Part shown: piece after piece, positions 23,702 through 35,877 of the stretch
How the letters are laid out: each line of letters opens with the position of its first letter
Numbering within the stretch: the stretch's first letter is position 1
DNA from: Squalus acanthias
Taxonomy: Eukaryota
DNA length: 64,000 nucleotides
Direction: 5' to 3'
NCBI GenBank assembly: GCA_030390025.1
Contig: CM059433.1
Location: forward strand, 24,430,001 to 24,494,000
The notes under the pieces: model-generated
What the model saw: the letters and a program-made list of their open reading frames with translations, nothing else
Database searches by the model: none
Told to the model about the DNA's origin: nothing
Position numbers and translations under genes: made by a program

Positions 23702-26700
23702 ATGGCGGACACGAACGCAGTTAACGTGAAACTGCCGGAGTTTTGGGAAAACCAGCCCAAAGCCTGGTTTCTCCAAGCTGAATCCCACTTCCGGCTACGA
23801 AACATCACCACAGATGGGACGCAGTACGACTACCTCGTCACATCACTCGGTAGCGCCACAGTTTCGAAGGTTTGGACAGCGCTGCAGAACCCACCAGAGG
23901 AAGGCAAGTATGCACATCTTAAGGCAGCGCTCCTTAAAAAATTTACGGCCTCGGCATTCCAGCGAAACTGCCACCTCCTCGACCTTCCAGGCCTCGGTGA
24001 TGCCTCACCGTCAGACCTCCTCTCCCACATGCTCTCCCTCACCGACGAGAGCCCACCCGGATCCCTCTTCCGCACACTGTTCATCCGCCAGCTCCCTCTC
24101 AGCATCCGCCCAGCGATCGTGGCGTCCGGCCTCACGAACCTGGAAGACCTGGCCGATGAGGCCGACAAGCTGCTGTCCGCTCACTCCAGCCGCGACGTCA
24201 CTCCGGACCTGGCAGCCAATGCCTGGGCGCTCCCCTCACCGGCCACCACGCGGCGACAAGGACCAGCCACCAGGCCCACGGGGCCTTCGTGCCCACTAAC
24301 CCGGGCCACTGTTACTCCCACGCACTGTTCGGCGCCAGGGCACAACGGTGCACACCTCCCTGCTCTTTCAAGTCCGCCCCCGTACCAGCCCCCGCGATGG
24401 CCGTGGGCCACGCGGGCTCCCTGCTGTACGTCACGGATGAAAAAACTGGCCGCCGGTTCCTGTGCGACACTGGAGCTCAGCACAGCATCATCCTAGCCTC
24501 CTCCCTCGACATCCAAAAGGGCGAACGAGGACCGGCGCTGGCTGCTGCTAACGGCTCGGAAATCCGGACGTACGGCACCCGGACAGTCACCCTCGAACTC
24601 GCTGGTCGTCGCTACCGATGGGAGTTCATCACTGCCAAGGTGCTCTCCCCTCTCATCGGCGCAGATTTCCTGTGCGCCCACGGCCTACTGGTAGACATCC
24701 CTCGTCACCGCCTCGTGGACATGAACACCATGTCCCCCATCCTGGGCGCCATGGCCCCCCGTCAACCCGCCGACATGGCGTCACAGTGCCACGCCCGGGC
24801 CACGGATGACTACTCGGCACTCCTGGCCGAATTCCCGGCCCTTACCAATTTGACCTTCTCCGCGGAGGCTGCCAAACACGGGGTGGAACACTTCATCCCC
24901 ACCACAGGCCCCCCAGTGTACGCCCACGCCCGCAGGCTGGACCCAGCCAAACTGGAGATCGCGCGGACCGAGTTTGCCACCATGGAACAGCTCGGCATCA
25001 TCCGCCGCTCCAACAGTCCCTGGGCCTCCCCACTCCACATCGCCCCCAAACCAGGCGGGGGTTGGCGCCCCTGTGGGGATTACCGCCGCCTCAACAATGC
25101 CACCACCCCTGATCGGTACCCCGTGCCGCACATTCAGGACTTCTCGGCTAGACTGGCCGGCCGCTCAGTCTTTTCCAAGGTCGACCTGGTGCGCGGCTAC
25201 CACCAAGTCCCCCTTCATCCCCAAAGCGGCGTCCCTCATGAGGCCCCTGTATGAAGCCCTCCGGGGCAGGAGCGGCAAGATGGCGGTCGAATGGACGACA
25301 GACGCGTCCGCCGCCTTCGACTCCACCAAGACCGCGCTCGCCAACGCCGCCCTGCTCGCGCACCCACGGCCCAATGCCAGGGTAGCGCTCACCACGGACG
25401 CCTCCGACCATGCGGTCGGCGCCGTGTATGAGCAGTGGGTCGACGGCGCCTGGCAACCACTTGCCTTCTTCAGCCGCCAACTCCGTCCCCCGGAGGTCAA
25501 GTACATCACCTTCGACCGCGAGCTCCTCGCGGTGTTCCTGGCGGTCCGCCATTTTCAGTTTTTGCTTGAGGGCCACCCCTTCACTGCGTTTGTCGACCAC
25601 AAGCCCCTGACATTCGCAATGGCAAAGACAACCGACCCCTGGTCCGCCAGGCAGCAGCGCCAGCTCGCGGCAGTGTCTGAGTTCACCACGGACATCCAAC
25701 ACGTCTCCGGCCAAGACAATGTGGTAGCCGACTACCTCTCCCGCCCCGCCATACACGCCGCACACCTGGCAGTCGACTACACTCAACTCGCAGCAGACCA
25801 GATCACCGACCCTGATCTGCTCTCCGCACCTACCAACCTACCAGGGCTATGCCTGGCCGACGTCGCCTGTGGCCCGACCGCAGTCATGGTCAAGTGCGAC
25901 ATATCCCTATGTCAACCTCGGCCCGTCGTCCCAGCGTCCTGGCGCCGCCGGGTATTCGACATTCTCCACAACCTCTCCCACCCCGGCGCCCGCGCATCCA
26001 TCAAATTGGTAGCCAACCGCTTTGTCTGGCGCGGCCTTCGCAAGGATGTGCGTACTTGGGCCAACTCCTGCCTAGCCTGCCAACGGGCCAAGGTACAGCA
26101 ACACACGAAAACACCCCTCGAGGAGTTTACCGTCCCCTCGCGTGGATTCGACCACATCCACGTGGACATCGTCGGGCCCCTGCCGCCGTCGCAAGGCCAC
26201 ACGCACTTGCTGACGATCGTTGACCGCACCACGTGCTGGCCCGAGGCAATTCCACTGACCTCTACCACCACCGCCAACATCGCCAGAGCCTTCGTCAGCA
26301 CCTGGGTCGCACGGTTCGGCGTCCCCTCCGACATGACGTCGGACAGAGGTCCGCAATTTACCTCTGAACTCTGGACCGCCGTCGCACGCAATCTCGGGGT
26401 GACCATTCACCGCACCACAGCGTACCACCCCCAAGCCAACGGACTGTGTGAGCGGTTCCACAGATCCTTGAAGGCATCTCTTCGAGCCAGCCTCCAGGAC
26501 GGCGCCTGGACCGACCGACTTCCGTGGGTCCTCCTCGGCCTGCGCACCGCGGTTAAAGAAGACCTCCACGCATCGGCAGCAGAGCTCGTGTACGGTCAGC
26601 CGCTGCGCGTACCCGGCGAGTTCCTGCCCACCGCCACGACACCCTGGTCAGCCGACCAGCAACGCCATGACTTCGCCTCACCAGCGCTGCAGTTCTCCCC

Positions 26701-27083
26701 GGTGCCCATTGCCCGACACGGCGAATCCACCTCACACGTCCCACTAAGCCTGCACCAGGTACGGTTCATTTTCGTCCGGCACGACGCCCACCGCCCACCG
26801 CGGACCCCTTCAACCCCCGTACGACGGGCCCTACAAGGTGCTACAGGCTGGGGACAAATTTTTCACCCTGCAAGTGGGCGACAGGACCGAAAAAGTGTCG
26901 GTTGACCGACTCAAGCCAGCACACTCGGAGCCCGGTGAGCAGGTCCCTGTAGCTCGTCCACCACCACGCGGCCGACCTGCCCTCAAGCCGGTTCACCCGG
27001 CTGCTCCACGTCCACCGGCGTCCTACAAGAGCCGCTCTGGCCGGCCCATCAGACCGCCGCACCGTCTCGTCCACACCTCCTAA
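23702..27083 (+). pseudogene. Disrupted gag-pol of the Gypsy element
   Basis: gag VKLPEFW..PKAWF; CYSH-x9-CTPPC knuckle; protease LCDTGA; RT WASPL..GDYRRLN..DLVRGYHQ; RNase H TDAS..DRELLA..DHKPL; integrase HHCC + D,D,E. Frame changes at ~24.25-24.29 kb, ~25215 and ~26790. Confidence 0.9.
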
Positions 27084-27103
27084 GCGGATTATGGGGGGAG
27101 CTG

Positions 27104-27335
27104 TGTGGTGGATCGCCACCTAAACGGGCATTATCCACTTTTCCGTCTGTGGACAAAATATCGGGCACCTTGCCTTTAAGGCAGGAGAAAAGGAGTGGGC
27201 GGGGCCTCAGGATTTGGCCAGAGAATTCTGGGAGCAGTTGGTTTCAGCCATTTTGGACCATGCAGTTGTATTAAAAAGCCTTTGTTTCCCACACATGGAT
27301 TCAGTCTTAATTCGTGTTTCGCGGCAGCCTCAACA
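27104..27335 (+). repeat. 3' LTR, preceded by polypurine tract GGGGGGAG (27093-27100)
   Basis: Direct repeat of 23430-23661. Confidence 0.95.
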
Positions 27336-27599
27336 CTGTAAAACTTGAAAACAACTGAATAGCAGATCAGAGTCACAGCAGCCGAGTCTTACAGTGCAGT
27401 CCAGTGGAGCTCAGTCATCCTGATGGCAGAGAAGTCCAGGAATTGGGTAGCCAGATTTGAGCACAGTTCCAGGTGTTGAAGGGCTCAGTGAATACAAGGA
27501 ACAAGGTTGGGGATGGGCAGTGGCTCAGCACAGGTAACTTTTAATTTGCAGCTTGAACTTGCAGTTTAGACTAAAATGCATTTACTCTTAGGGACGGGG

Positions 27600-29701
27600 T
27601 CCTAGAAATTCGAGATCGCTAAAAACCTGTTGGTGCCACCGCGGGCCAGAGTTAATGGCTGCCGAAATTGATCGCGCTGACAGGACCGGGATATTGGCGC
27701 TGGTGGTTAATTAACATTATCCCAGCGTTAAACTTAGCGTGCAACGCCGTTTTTGTGGGGTTAGTCCCAGCAGAAGGCCCAATGTTGCGTGGCCGTAGTG
27801 TCATTGCAGCAATAACCACCTTCTCTTAAAGCAAGGCTGTCATTTTAGAGAGCAGTGCAATCCCTTAAAGGGGAACTACCTTCTAAAAATGAAAAAAATA
27901 AACATTTTAAAATCGTTAGTTTTTAGCCCTTGCAACTCAACTGCCTTCTTAAAAAAATTAGCATTAAAAAGAATTCCCAAATGGGAGTCTTCAGCTCTTA
28001 AAGCTGAATTCCCTTCCACACCTAAAAAACTGGGAAAAGTGCGTCAGCACTAACACAAATGACTCAGCAAGCCAGGGAAGGGGCACCCAGGATCTTGCAC
28101 ACAGCACTCCAGCTTTGTGCAGGGGGTCAACATTGCAAGGGAGGTCTTCTACCCACAGGGGCCATGAGGCCCTCTAGAAAGAAGGATGTGGGACCAGATC
28201 ACCGAGGCCGTCACTGTCAGCAGTGTTGCCCCCATGACCTGGCTCCAGTGCTCAAAGAAGCTTCATGACCTCAGACCAATGGTCAAGCTCATTGAATGCA
28301 TCTTCAAAAGCCATCTCCTACTAACTGCACCACTAGCCTCATACACTTCTCAATGCACGACTCCTCCCCCCCACCCGCAATCACTCACCTAGCAACAATT
28401 TGTACCAAACAGAAGGCACACCTCCCATTCCTAGCCTCACCTCACCCCCTTGGAGGAGATGGTGCTGGCCATTCTTGGCAGGGGCATGGCTGAGCCTTTG
28501 GCCAGCAGTGGGGCAGAAAGGATACAAGTTGCTGGTATCCTCATACATGATCATCCTTCTCACATACACCTCTTGCTTTCCCGCCCTCCCCTAACCACAA
28601 CTCCACCCTTGTGCCGTCCTCATTTCAGACACCCAAGGAATGCAGCCTGCCCAGCCAGTGGTTGACCAAGAAGAGGGGGAGGAGAGTGAAGAAGAAGAAA
28701 CACCGTCACTCGATTTCACACTCCCAGCACCAGCTCCTCAAGGTCGACCAGCAAGGCCATTTGCATTGCAAGTCTGCAGCGTTCCACCAGCCATGCTGCA
28801 GCCACTGGGGTAGCATTGCATGACATTAGTAGGATAGGCAAAGTCATACGCAAGACAGTCACTAAGGGAATGCATAAGGGTGATGAGTTGATTTCTTGAT
28901 GTCATATTGGATGGCTAGCAGTATAAAGTTGGATTGGAAGTTTGCTTTGTGGAGGCTTTTATTTCAGCATTGTGGCCAAGAGGACACTGTGATGGTCAGT
29001 AACAGAGGGAAGGTAAGGTGTGGGATAAATGTTTAAAGGGGAATTGGGGTGTGGTCACTGGTACCGCAGGCGGATCATTCCATCCCGGATATCTCAGCCA
29101 GAAAGAGGCTGTGTGTGTTGCATCATTCTTTCTGCGTCTTCCTCTTCCGCTTCGTCCTCTTCCCTCTGCGAGTGGATGCTGTAAATCTGAAATAAAAGCA
29201 TAAAATGCTGGAAATACTCAGCAGGTCAGACAGCATCGCGACCTGAGACGTGAACTCTGTTTCTTTCTCCACGGATGCTGCCTGACCTGAGTATTTTCAG
29301 CATTTTCTGTCTTCTCAGAGGCCTTCCTTTACCATCAGAGGCCTTGCAAGCATCCAGCAGCACTCCCTGCACACTTTGAAAACTTGTAACATGTATTGCA
29401 CCAAGCCACTACTTCAATAAAATATAAAAAACTCCAGTCCAAAAGCTTAAATGCAAACTTTCCTGAAAGATGTGTGTGTCCCTTTAAGAAGTGCTGACCG
29501 TCTCTGTCAGTCTGCTGCTCGCATACTTTTCAGAGCGAGCTTAGGACCCAGCGCTAAGGTCAAAGTTCACGGAACGTGGTGTTAAGTCGGCGTCATTATG
29601 CTTTCCGTATTTGCATCTCCAGAACCAGTGCTGCTATCGGCAGCGCGAAGGCCCTCACCAAAATGGCGGCCGCCGAGTCTCACACCAGAGAATTTCCAGG
29701 A
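27600..29701 (+). mobile_element. Decayed Harbinger-type element with Myb/SANT remnant
   Basis: Inverted TCCTAGAAATTC / GAATTTCCAGGA; peptide MWDQITEAV...TWLQCSKKLHDL (28186-28270). Contains a palindromic Penelope insert at ~29173-29312. Confidence 0.6.
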
Positions 29702-31279
29702 TTGCAGCGGTAACTCATGGTGGTAAGTAGCCCAATTTCTGGGCCGGGGAACTTAAACGGTGGAAGAGGGGAGAAAGGGGAAAGGGTGGCAGCGGATGGC
29801 CAAGGATAGAGTTGCAGAGCAAAGGAGCTCCCTAAGGACATGCCAGACCAGGAGTATTCTTGGAACAGCTCATTATTATAGCTGCGCACCACCATTAGAA
29901 TCAATGCTGAGATGGCGTTTGGTGAATTAACTCCACTGTGATGGCCACAGCCACGTAGACCATTACAGAATGGTAGTGGAGGGCTCAGAATCAGTAAAGT
30001 AAATAATTGCTCAGCAGGTTGCCTGAGGATGACATTTTTACTGACTTGTTCCAGGAACTTAATTGAAATCTTAAAACCTCAGTTAAATAATCAAAAGTGT
30101 TTTGACAGTCAGGCTTGTACTGATTTTGCCCTGACTTGTCATTATTTTCATGTTAATATTTATTAAGCTTGTGAATTAAACATGGACTGTAACCGGTAAT
30201 GAAATATAACTCGGGATTGCACACAGTTCAGGAGACAACCCTGTGATATAGGTTCCATTCTTAATGCCAATTTATATACTTTATGTTTCAGTACAAACTC
30301 ATCAATCAGATTAAACCTGACCTGGACATTCTGTTCGTGACCCACCCCCACATTATCAGATCGGCGTCACTGCTCCTAAACGCTTCGCTGTGAAATAACC
30401 TGTTGTTCCGTTCTGTGTCGGGTCCTGGTACCTTGGATGTGTATCAGACGCTGGCAGTGTCGCTCCCCATCCACCGCTATGGTCACTGCAACATATTCTA
30501 ATTATTTTTCCAGCAAATTGTGGCGAGAATTCACCGCCAGAGGATCAGGAGGCATAGCAATCTAACTGTTACAGCAAATTCAGAACTGTCATTTGAACTG
30601 TAAAAAATGTCACAAAAATACTGTGCTTTAAAACATTACAGCATCTCTATTTAAACAAAACTATGTTGAATAAATCTAAAATAGTAGCATTATGCTGTTT
30701 GAGGATTTTCCTCTACCATCTAATCTCAGCATCTGCATATAACCAATACTCACTGGTTTGGTTAAATAATATAAATATGGCTGTACATAGCGACACCACA
30801 AGTCCTGGCCAGAATGGAGATGATTGGGTAATTTCCCCCCACAATCACGCCTGGAGACCGCACTGCTGTAAGTGACTGGGATTGATTTTACACACACAAT
30901 TTGTATTATGTAACTATCCTCCACTCACTGCATTTTGCTGGAGAAATAATCCTGCTTTTCATTGGGAGATGTTGCTGTAGTTTTGGTCAAGAGTTCTGTT
31001 TGTTGTAGTTCGTAGAGACTGTTTGCTGTAAAATAGACTCTGCTTGCTGTACGTCCTGCAGTCAGTTCTGCCCCGACTTCAACTCATTGGCTGACACAGT
31101 ACAACTCATTGTCTGAAACAGTGATGTCAACACTTATTCAGTTTAAAGTGATAATAGGTGCATAGGAAGTTAGCAAATTTGCATGACTGAGAGTGATGAT
31201 TTAATTACTAGTTACACCATCTAAACATGAAGGATAGAGCAGGTGCAAGAAAATCTTATGCTGCTCAGAACTAACAGTA

Positions 31280-31705
31280 CATAGGAATGTAGGAAAATAA
31301 CAACAGGAGTAGGCCATTTAGCCCCTCGAGCCTGTTCCAATGAGATCATAGCTGATCTGCGACCTAACTCATAAACGCACCTTTGCCCCATATCCCTTAA
31401 TACCTTTGGTTAACAGAAATGTATCAATCTCTGATTTAAAATTACAATTGACACAGCATCAACTCCCGTTTGCGGAAGAGAGTTCCAAACTTCTACCACC
31501 CTTTGCGTGTAGAAGTGTGTCCTAACTTTGCTCCTGAAAGGCCTGCCTCTAATTTTTAGGCTATGTCCCCTTGCCCTAGACTCCCCAACCAGCAGAAATA
31601 GTTTCTCTCTATCTACCCTATCAGTTCCCACTTAATATCTTGAAAACTTCGATCAGATCACCCCTTAATCTTCTAAATTCCAGGGAATACAACTCTAGTT
31701 TGTAG
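31280..31705 (-). mobile_element. CR1-clade LINE 3' fragment
   Basis: RGHSLKIRGRPFRSKVRTHFYTQRVVEVWNSLP. Confidence 0.85.
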
Positions 31706-32049
31706 TAACTTTTAATACTTGAATGTTGGGTAAACATTTAATTTTCTCACTATGAAAAATCATAAAAGATATTTAAAGAATACAACTTCTTGAATTAGAA
31801 TTTATATTTATTCTGTTGCTACTTTTGTTAGTCTGTTACAGAATAAAATATAATACCGCCTGGAAAGTTTTGGCGTTAAAACTTGCTGGCTGAAAATTTT
31901 GTTTAATGGTGGCAAACTCTGAAGCTGTAGTGGTTAAGAGCTGAAACTAAAGTGCAAATTGATAGTGATAGATAAAAGGGATTAAGATTTGAAACAGTGA
32001 AAAGGAAATAAGGTGAAGATATGTTCATTTTGTAATAAAACAGTTTTAG

Positions 32050-34242
32050 TCTTCACACGGAGGACACCCCCTCCATCGTGTTGTGTGGCACTACCACCAT
32101 GCTAAATGGGACAGATTCAGAACAGATCTTGCAGCTCAAAACTGGGCATCAGTAAGGCGCTGTGGGCCATCAGCAGCAGTAGAATTGTATTCCACCACAA
32201 TCTGTAACCTCGTGGCCCGGCATGTCTTTCACTCTACCATTACCATCAAGCCAAGGGACAAAACCTGATTCAATGAGAAGTGTAGAAGAGCATGCCAGGA
32301 GCAGCACCAGGTGTACCTAAAAATGAGGTGCCAACCTGCGGAAGCTGCAACACAGGACTACATGCTTGCTAAACATCGGAAGCAGCATGCTATAGACAGA
32401 GCTAAGCGATCCCACAACCAACGGATCAGATCAAAGCTCTGCAGTCCTGTCACATTCATTCATGAATGGACAATTAAACAACTAACGGGAGGAGGAGGCT
32501 GCATCCTCAATGATGTTGGAGCCTAGCACGCGAGCAAAAGACAAGGCTGAAGCGTTTGTAACCATCTTCAACTAGAAGTGCCGAGTGGATGATCCATCTC
32601 AGCCACCTCCTGAGGTCCCCACCATCACAGAAGCCAGTCTTCAGCCAATTCGATTCACTCCACGTGATATCAAACAGCTGAGCGCACTGGATACAGCAAA
32701 GGCGAAGGGCCCCGACAACAGCCTGGCTGTCGTGCTGAAGACTTATGCTCCAGAACTTGCCACGCATCTAGTCAAGCTGTTCCAGTACAGCTACAAAACT
32801 AGCTACTACCCGACAATGTGGAAAACTGCCCAGGTATGTCCTGTCAACAAAAAGCAGGACAAATCTAATCCGGCCAATTACGGACCATCAACCTACTCTC
32901 AATCATCAGCAAAGTGATGGAAGGTGTCGTCGACAGTGCTGTCAAGCGGCACTTAATCACCAATAACCTGCTCACCGATGCTCAGTTTGGGATGCTCCGC
33001 CAGGACCACTTGGCTCTAGACCTCAATACAGCCTTGGCCTAAACATGGACAAAAGAGGTGAGGTGAAGCGTGACTGCCCTTGACATCAAGATAGCATTTG
33101 ACTGTGGCATCAAGGAGCCCTAATAAAATTGAAAGCAGTGGGAATCAGGGGGAAAATGCTCCACTGGCTGGAGTCATATCTAGCACAAAGGAAGATGATT
33201 GTGGTGATTGAAGGTCAATCATCACAGCCCCAGGACATCGCTGCAGGAGTTCCTCAGGGCAGTGTCCTAGGCCCAACCATCTTCAGCTGCTTCATCAATG
33301 ACCTTCCTTCCAACATAAGGTCAGAAATGGGGATGTTCGCTGATGACTGCACATTGTTCAGCGCTATTCGCAACTCCTCAGATAATGAAGCAGTCCATGC
33401 CCACATGCAGCAAGACCTGGACGGCGTTCAGGCTTGGGCTGATAAGTGGCAGGTAACATTCGCGCCACAGAAGTGCCAGGCAATGACTATCTCTAACAAG
33501 CGAGAGTCTAAACACCGCCCCTTGACATTCAACGGCATTACCATAGCCGAATCCCACACCTTCAACATCCTGGGGGTCACCATTAACCAGAAACTTAACT
33601 GGACCAGCCACATAAATACTGTGGCAACAAGAGCAAGTCAGAGGCTAGGTATTCTGCAGCGAGTGTCTCACCTTCTGACTCCCCAAAGCCTTTCCACCAT
33701 CTACAAGGCACAAGTAAGGAGTGTGAGGGAATACTCTCCACTTGCCTGGATGAGTGCAGCTCCAACAACACTCAAGAAGCTCGACACCATCCAGGACAAA
33801 GCAGCCCGTTTGATTGGCACCCCATCCACCACCTTAAACATTCACTCCCTCCAATACCGGCGTACCGTGGCTGCAGTGTGTACCATCTACAAGATGCACT
33901 GCAGCAACTCGCCAAGGCTTCTTCGGCAGCACCTCCCAAACCCACGACCCATTCCACCTAGAAGGACAAGTACAGCAGGCGCATGGGAACACCACCACCT
34001 CCAAGTTCCCCTCCAAGTCACACACCATCCTGGCTTAGAAGTATATCGCCGATCCTTCATCGTTGCTGGGACAAAATCCTGGAACTCCCTACCTAACAGC
34101 ACTGTGGGAGTACCTTCACCACACGGACTGCAGCGGTTCAAGAAGGCGGCTCACCACCACCTTCTCAAGGGCAACTAGGGATGGGCAATAAATGCTGGCC
34201 TTGCCAGCGACACCCAGATCCCATGAACGAATAAAAAAAAAA
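32050..34242 (+). mobile_element. 5'-truncated non-LTR retrotransposon (CR1/L2/Jockey group) with poly(A) tail
   Basis: KAKGPD, QF motif region, [18 protein letters not shown] 33129-34178; AATAAA and A-run at 34230-34242. Confidence 0.9.
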
Positions 34243-34696
34243 TTATATAGCATTAGATGGCGGTCCGTGATTACTAATCCATTTGTAAAGGGGTCCTTCA
34301 ACCAAAAAAGATTGCGAACCACTGATCTAAACAACTGTTGTTGTGACACCTCTACAGCCCTTCCATACTGTACATGACTTCACTGGGAGTTACATAATAT
34401 TGCTGTACGCCAACATCGAAAACATCTTAAAGGGGGTTTGTCTCTTTGTGACCTCCAGAAAACATAACCTAGTGTGTTTCACTCCAGCTGTATCTGGAGG
34501 ATATCCTCTTCAACAAAAGAATAAAATCTTACAAGGTGGGTAATGCTTTTATCCCCACCACTCTGGCATTATTTCTGGATTTCAGACGGCTATTGGAAAT
34601 CCACATCAAATCAGCTTTGCTCATCTGAAGTAAAAGTAAGCAACATACAAGGCTGGTATGGTTACTGAATTATTACTACAAATGACGTTGTGAGCC

Positions 34697-34797
34697 TGAT
34701 GTAATCATGCTGAGTCATGCTGACATTAGGAAAAGGGAAATAGTTCTTGCATAAGCTCTTAAGTAGATGTTAAGCACATATGTTTGTGCTGACTCAT
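34697..34797. promoter_or_regulatory. Candidate distal stress-response enhancer (ARE + C/EBP-ATF motifs)
   Basis: TGATGTAAT 34697, TGCTGAGTCAT 34708, TTGCATAA 34747 and TGCTGACTCAT 34787, in non-repeat-looking DNA. Confidence 0.5.
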
Positions 34798-35877
34798 ATG
34801 GACCCAGGGAGAAAAATTTAATTCTACACATAGAGCCAACACTAGCAACATTTTATAATTCAATATATTAAAGAATTATCGTTGACGTCGGGAAGTTTTT
34901 AAGAGTAGGCACAGTTCCAGGACCAGCCTACTTCAAAATCTCTGTTTTGGAGCTGCTATCTCAGCCTCCAGGAAAGTTTGCATTGCAAATATGTAGTTAA
35001 ATGAGTACAGAAATGCTCCCAAGAAATTATCACAAACAAGGCCTTAGTAAAATACAGTACCAAGGGTGATTGTACAATTTTGTACAATATTCAGATTTCT
35101 TAAATCAAAGATATTAGAAATCCTGTTTCTGTGGTTCATAAGAAGCAGCATCCTAGATCTGAGGACTACGCAGAGATCAGCTGAATGATCAGGATTATTC
35201 CAGTCAGTTCATCCTTCCTCTGTTGTGCCTTATCAATAGTTGCTAATTGTTCTTGTCTGCTTCGGAGAGTTTTTGTGATCTTGTCTATTCATTTCTTAAA
35301 TTTCTGCAACTTGGACTAATTTCTCTGACCCAAAATGTCACTGGTATATTATCCATATTTTAACAGTTGCATAGCCAATGGCTGTTTTCTCTCAACCAGG
35401 AAGCTGAAGAGAATCTATCTGATTTTTCTCAAGAGTTACTTGCCAATGAAGAGCTACCAAAGAGATAAAAGAGACTGTTGGATGGAATTATACCCATCTT
35501 GTCCAGGAAGTTAACCATTTCCTTCTGAAAGTTCATTAGCATTTCTTGTTTTCAAATTTCAATTCAAAATTCTAGGAGCAAGAGAAATAGTGTACTAACT
35601 AGTCATATATTGTAAACAGTGACAGCTTAAAGTAGTTCCATAAAACAGAGGGTTTCAAATTAGGATCCCCGGACCCTGGAGGGCCTGAATGGAGTCTTGA
35701 GGGCTCCTTGAAGTCATCAGATGTCCATCTACCATCAAATTTCTGAATGTTCCTATACTAGCATGTTATTTCTGTTGCTTTTTACTAATCAACTTTTTGG
35801 AATGGTAGCACTGTTTTCTTTTGGGTAGCTGACACTGTATTTTGGCAGTTATTACAGGGGCCCCAAGAGTGTATCAG

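Larger units (their letters stand above)
23430..27335 (+). mobile_element. Ty3/Gypsy LTR retrotransposon, CsRn1-like, defective
   Basis: Two 232-bp TG...CA LTRs; tRNA-Trp PBS; PPT; TSD CCGT/CTGT; gag-PR-RT-RNaseH-IN order. Confidence 0.95.

Noticed and set aside
23814..27119. Many alternative-frame and antisense ORFs in the Gypsy element; possible env
   Set aside because: Explained by high GC (few stops). pol runs to within ~20 bp of the 3' LTR, leaving no room for env.
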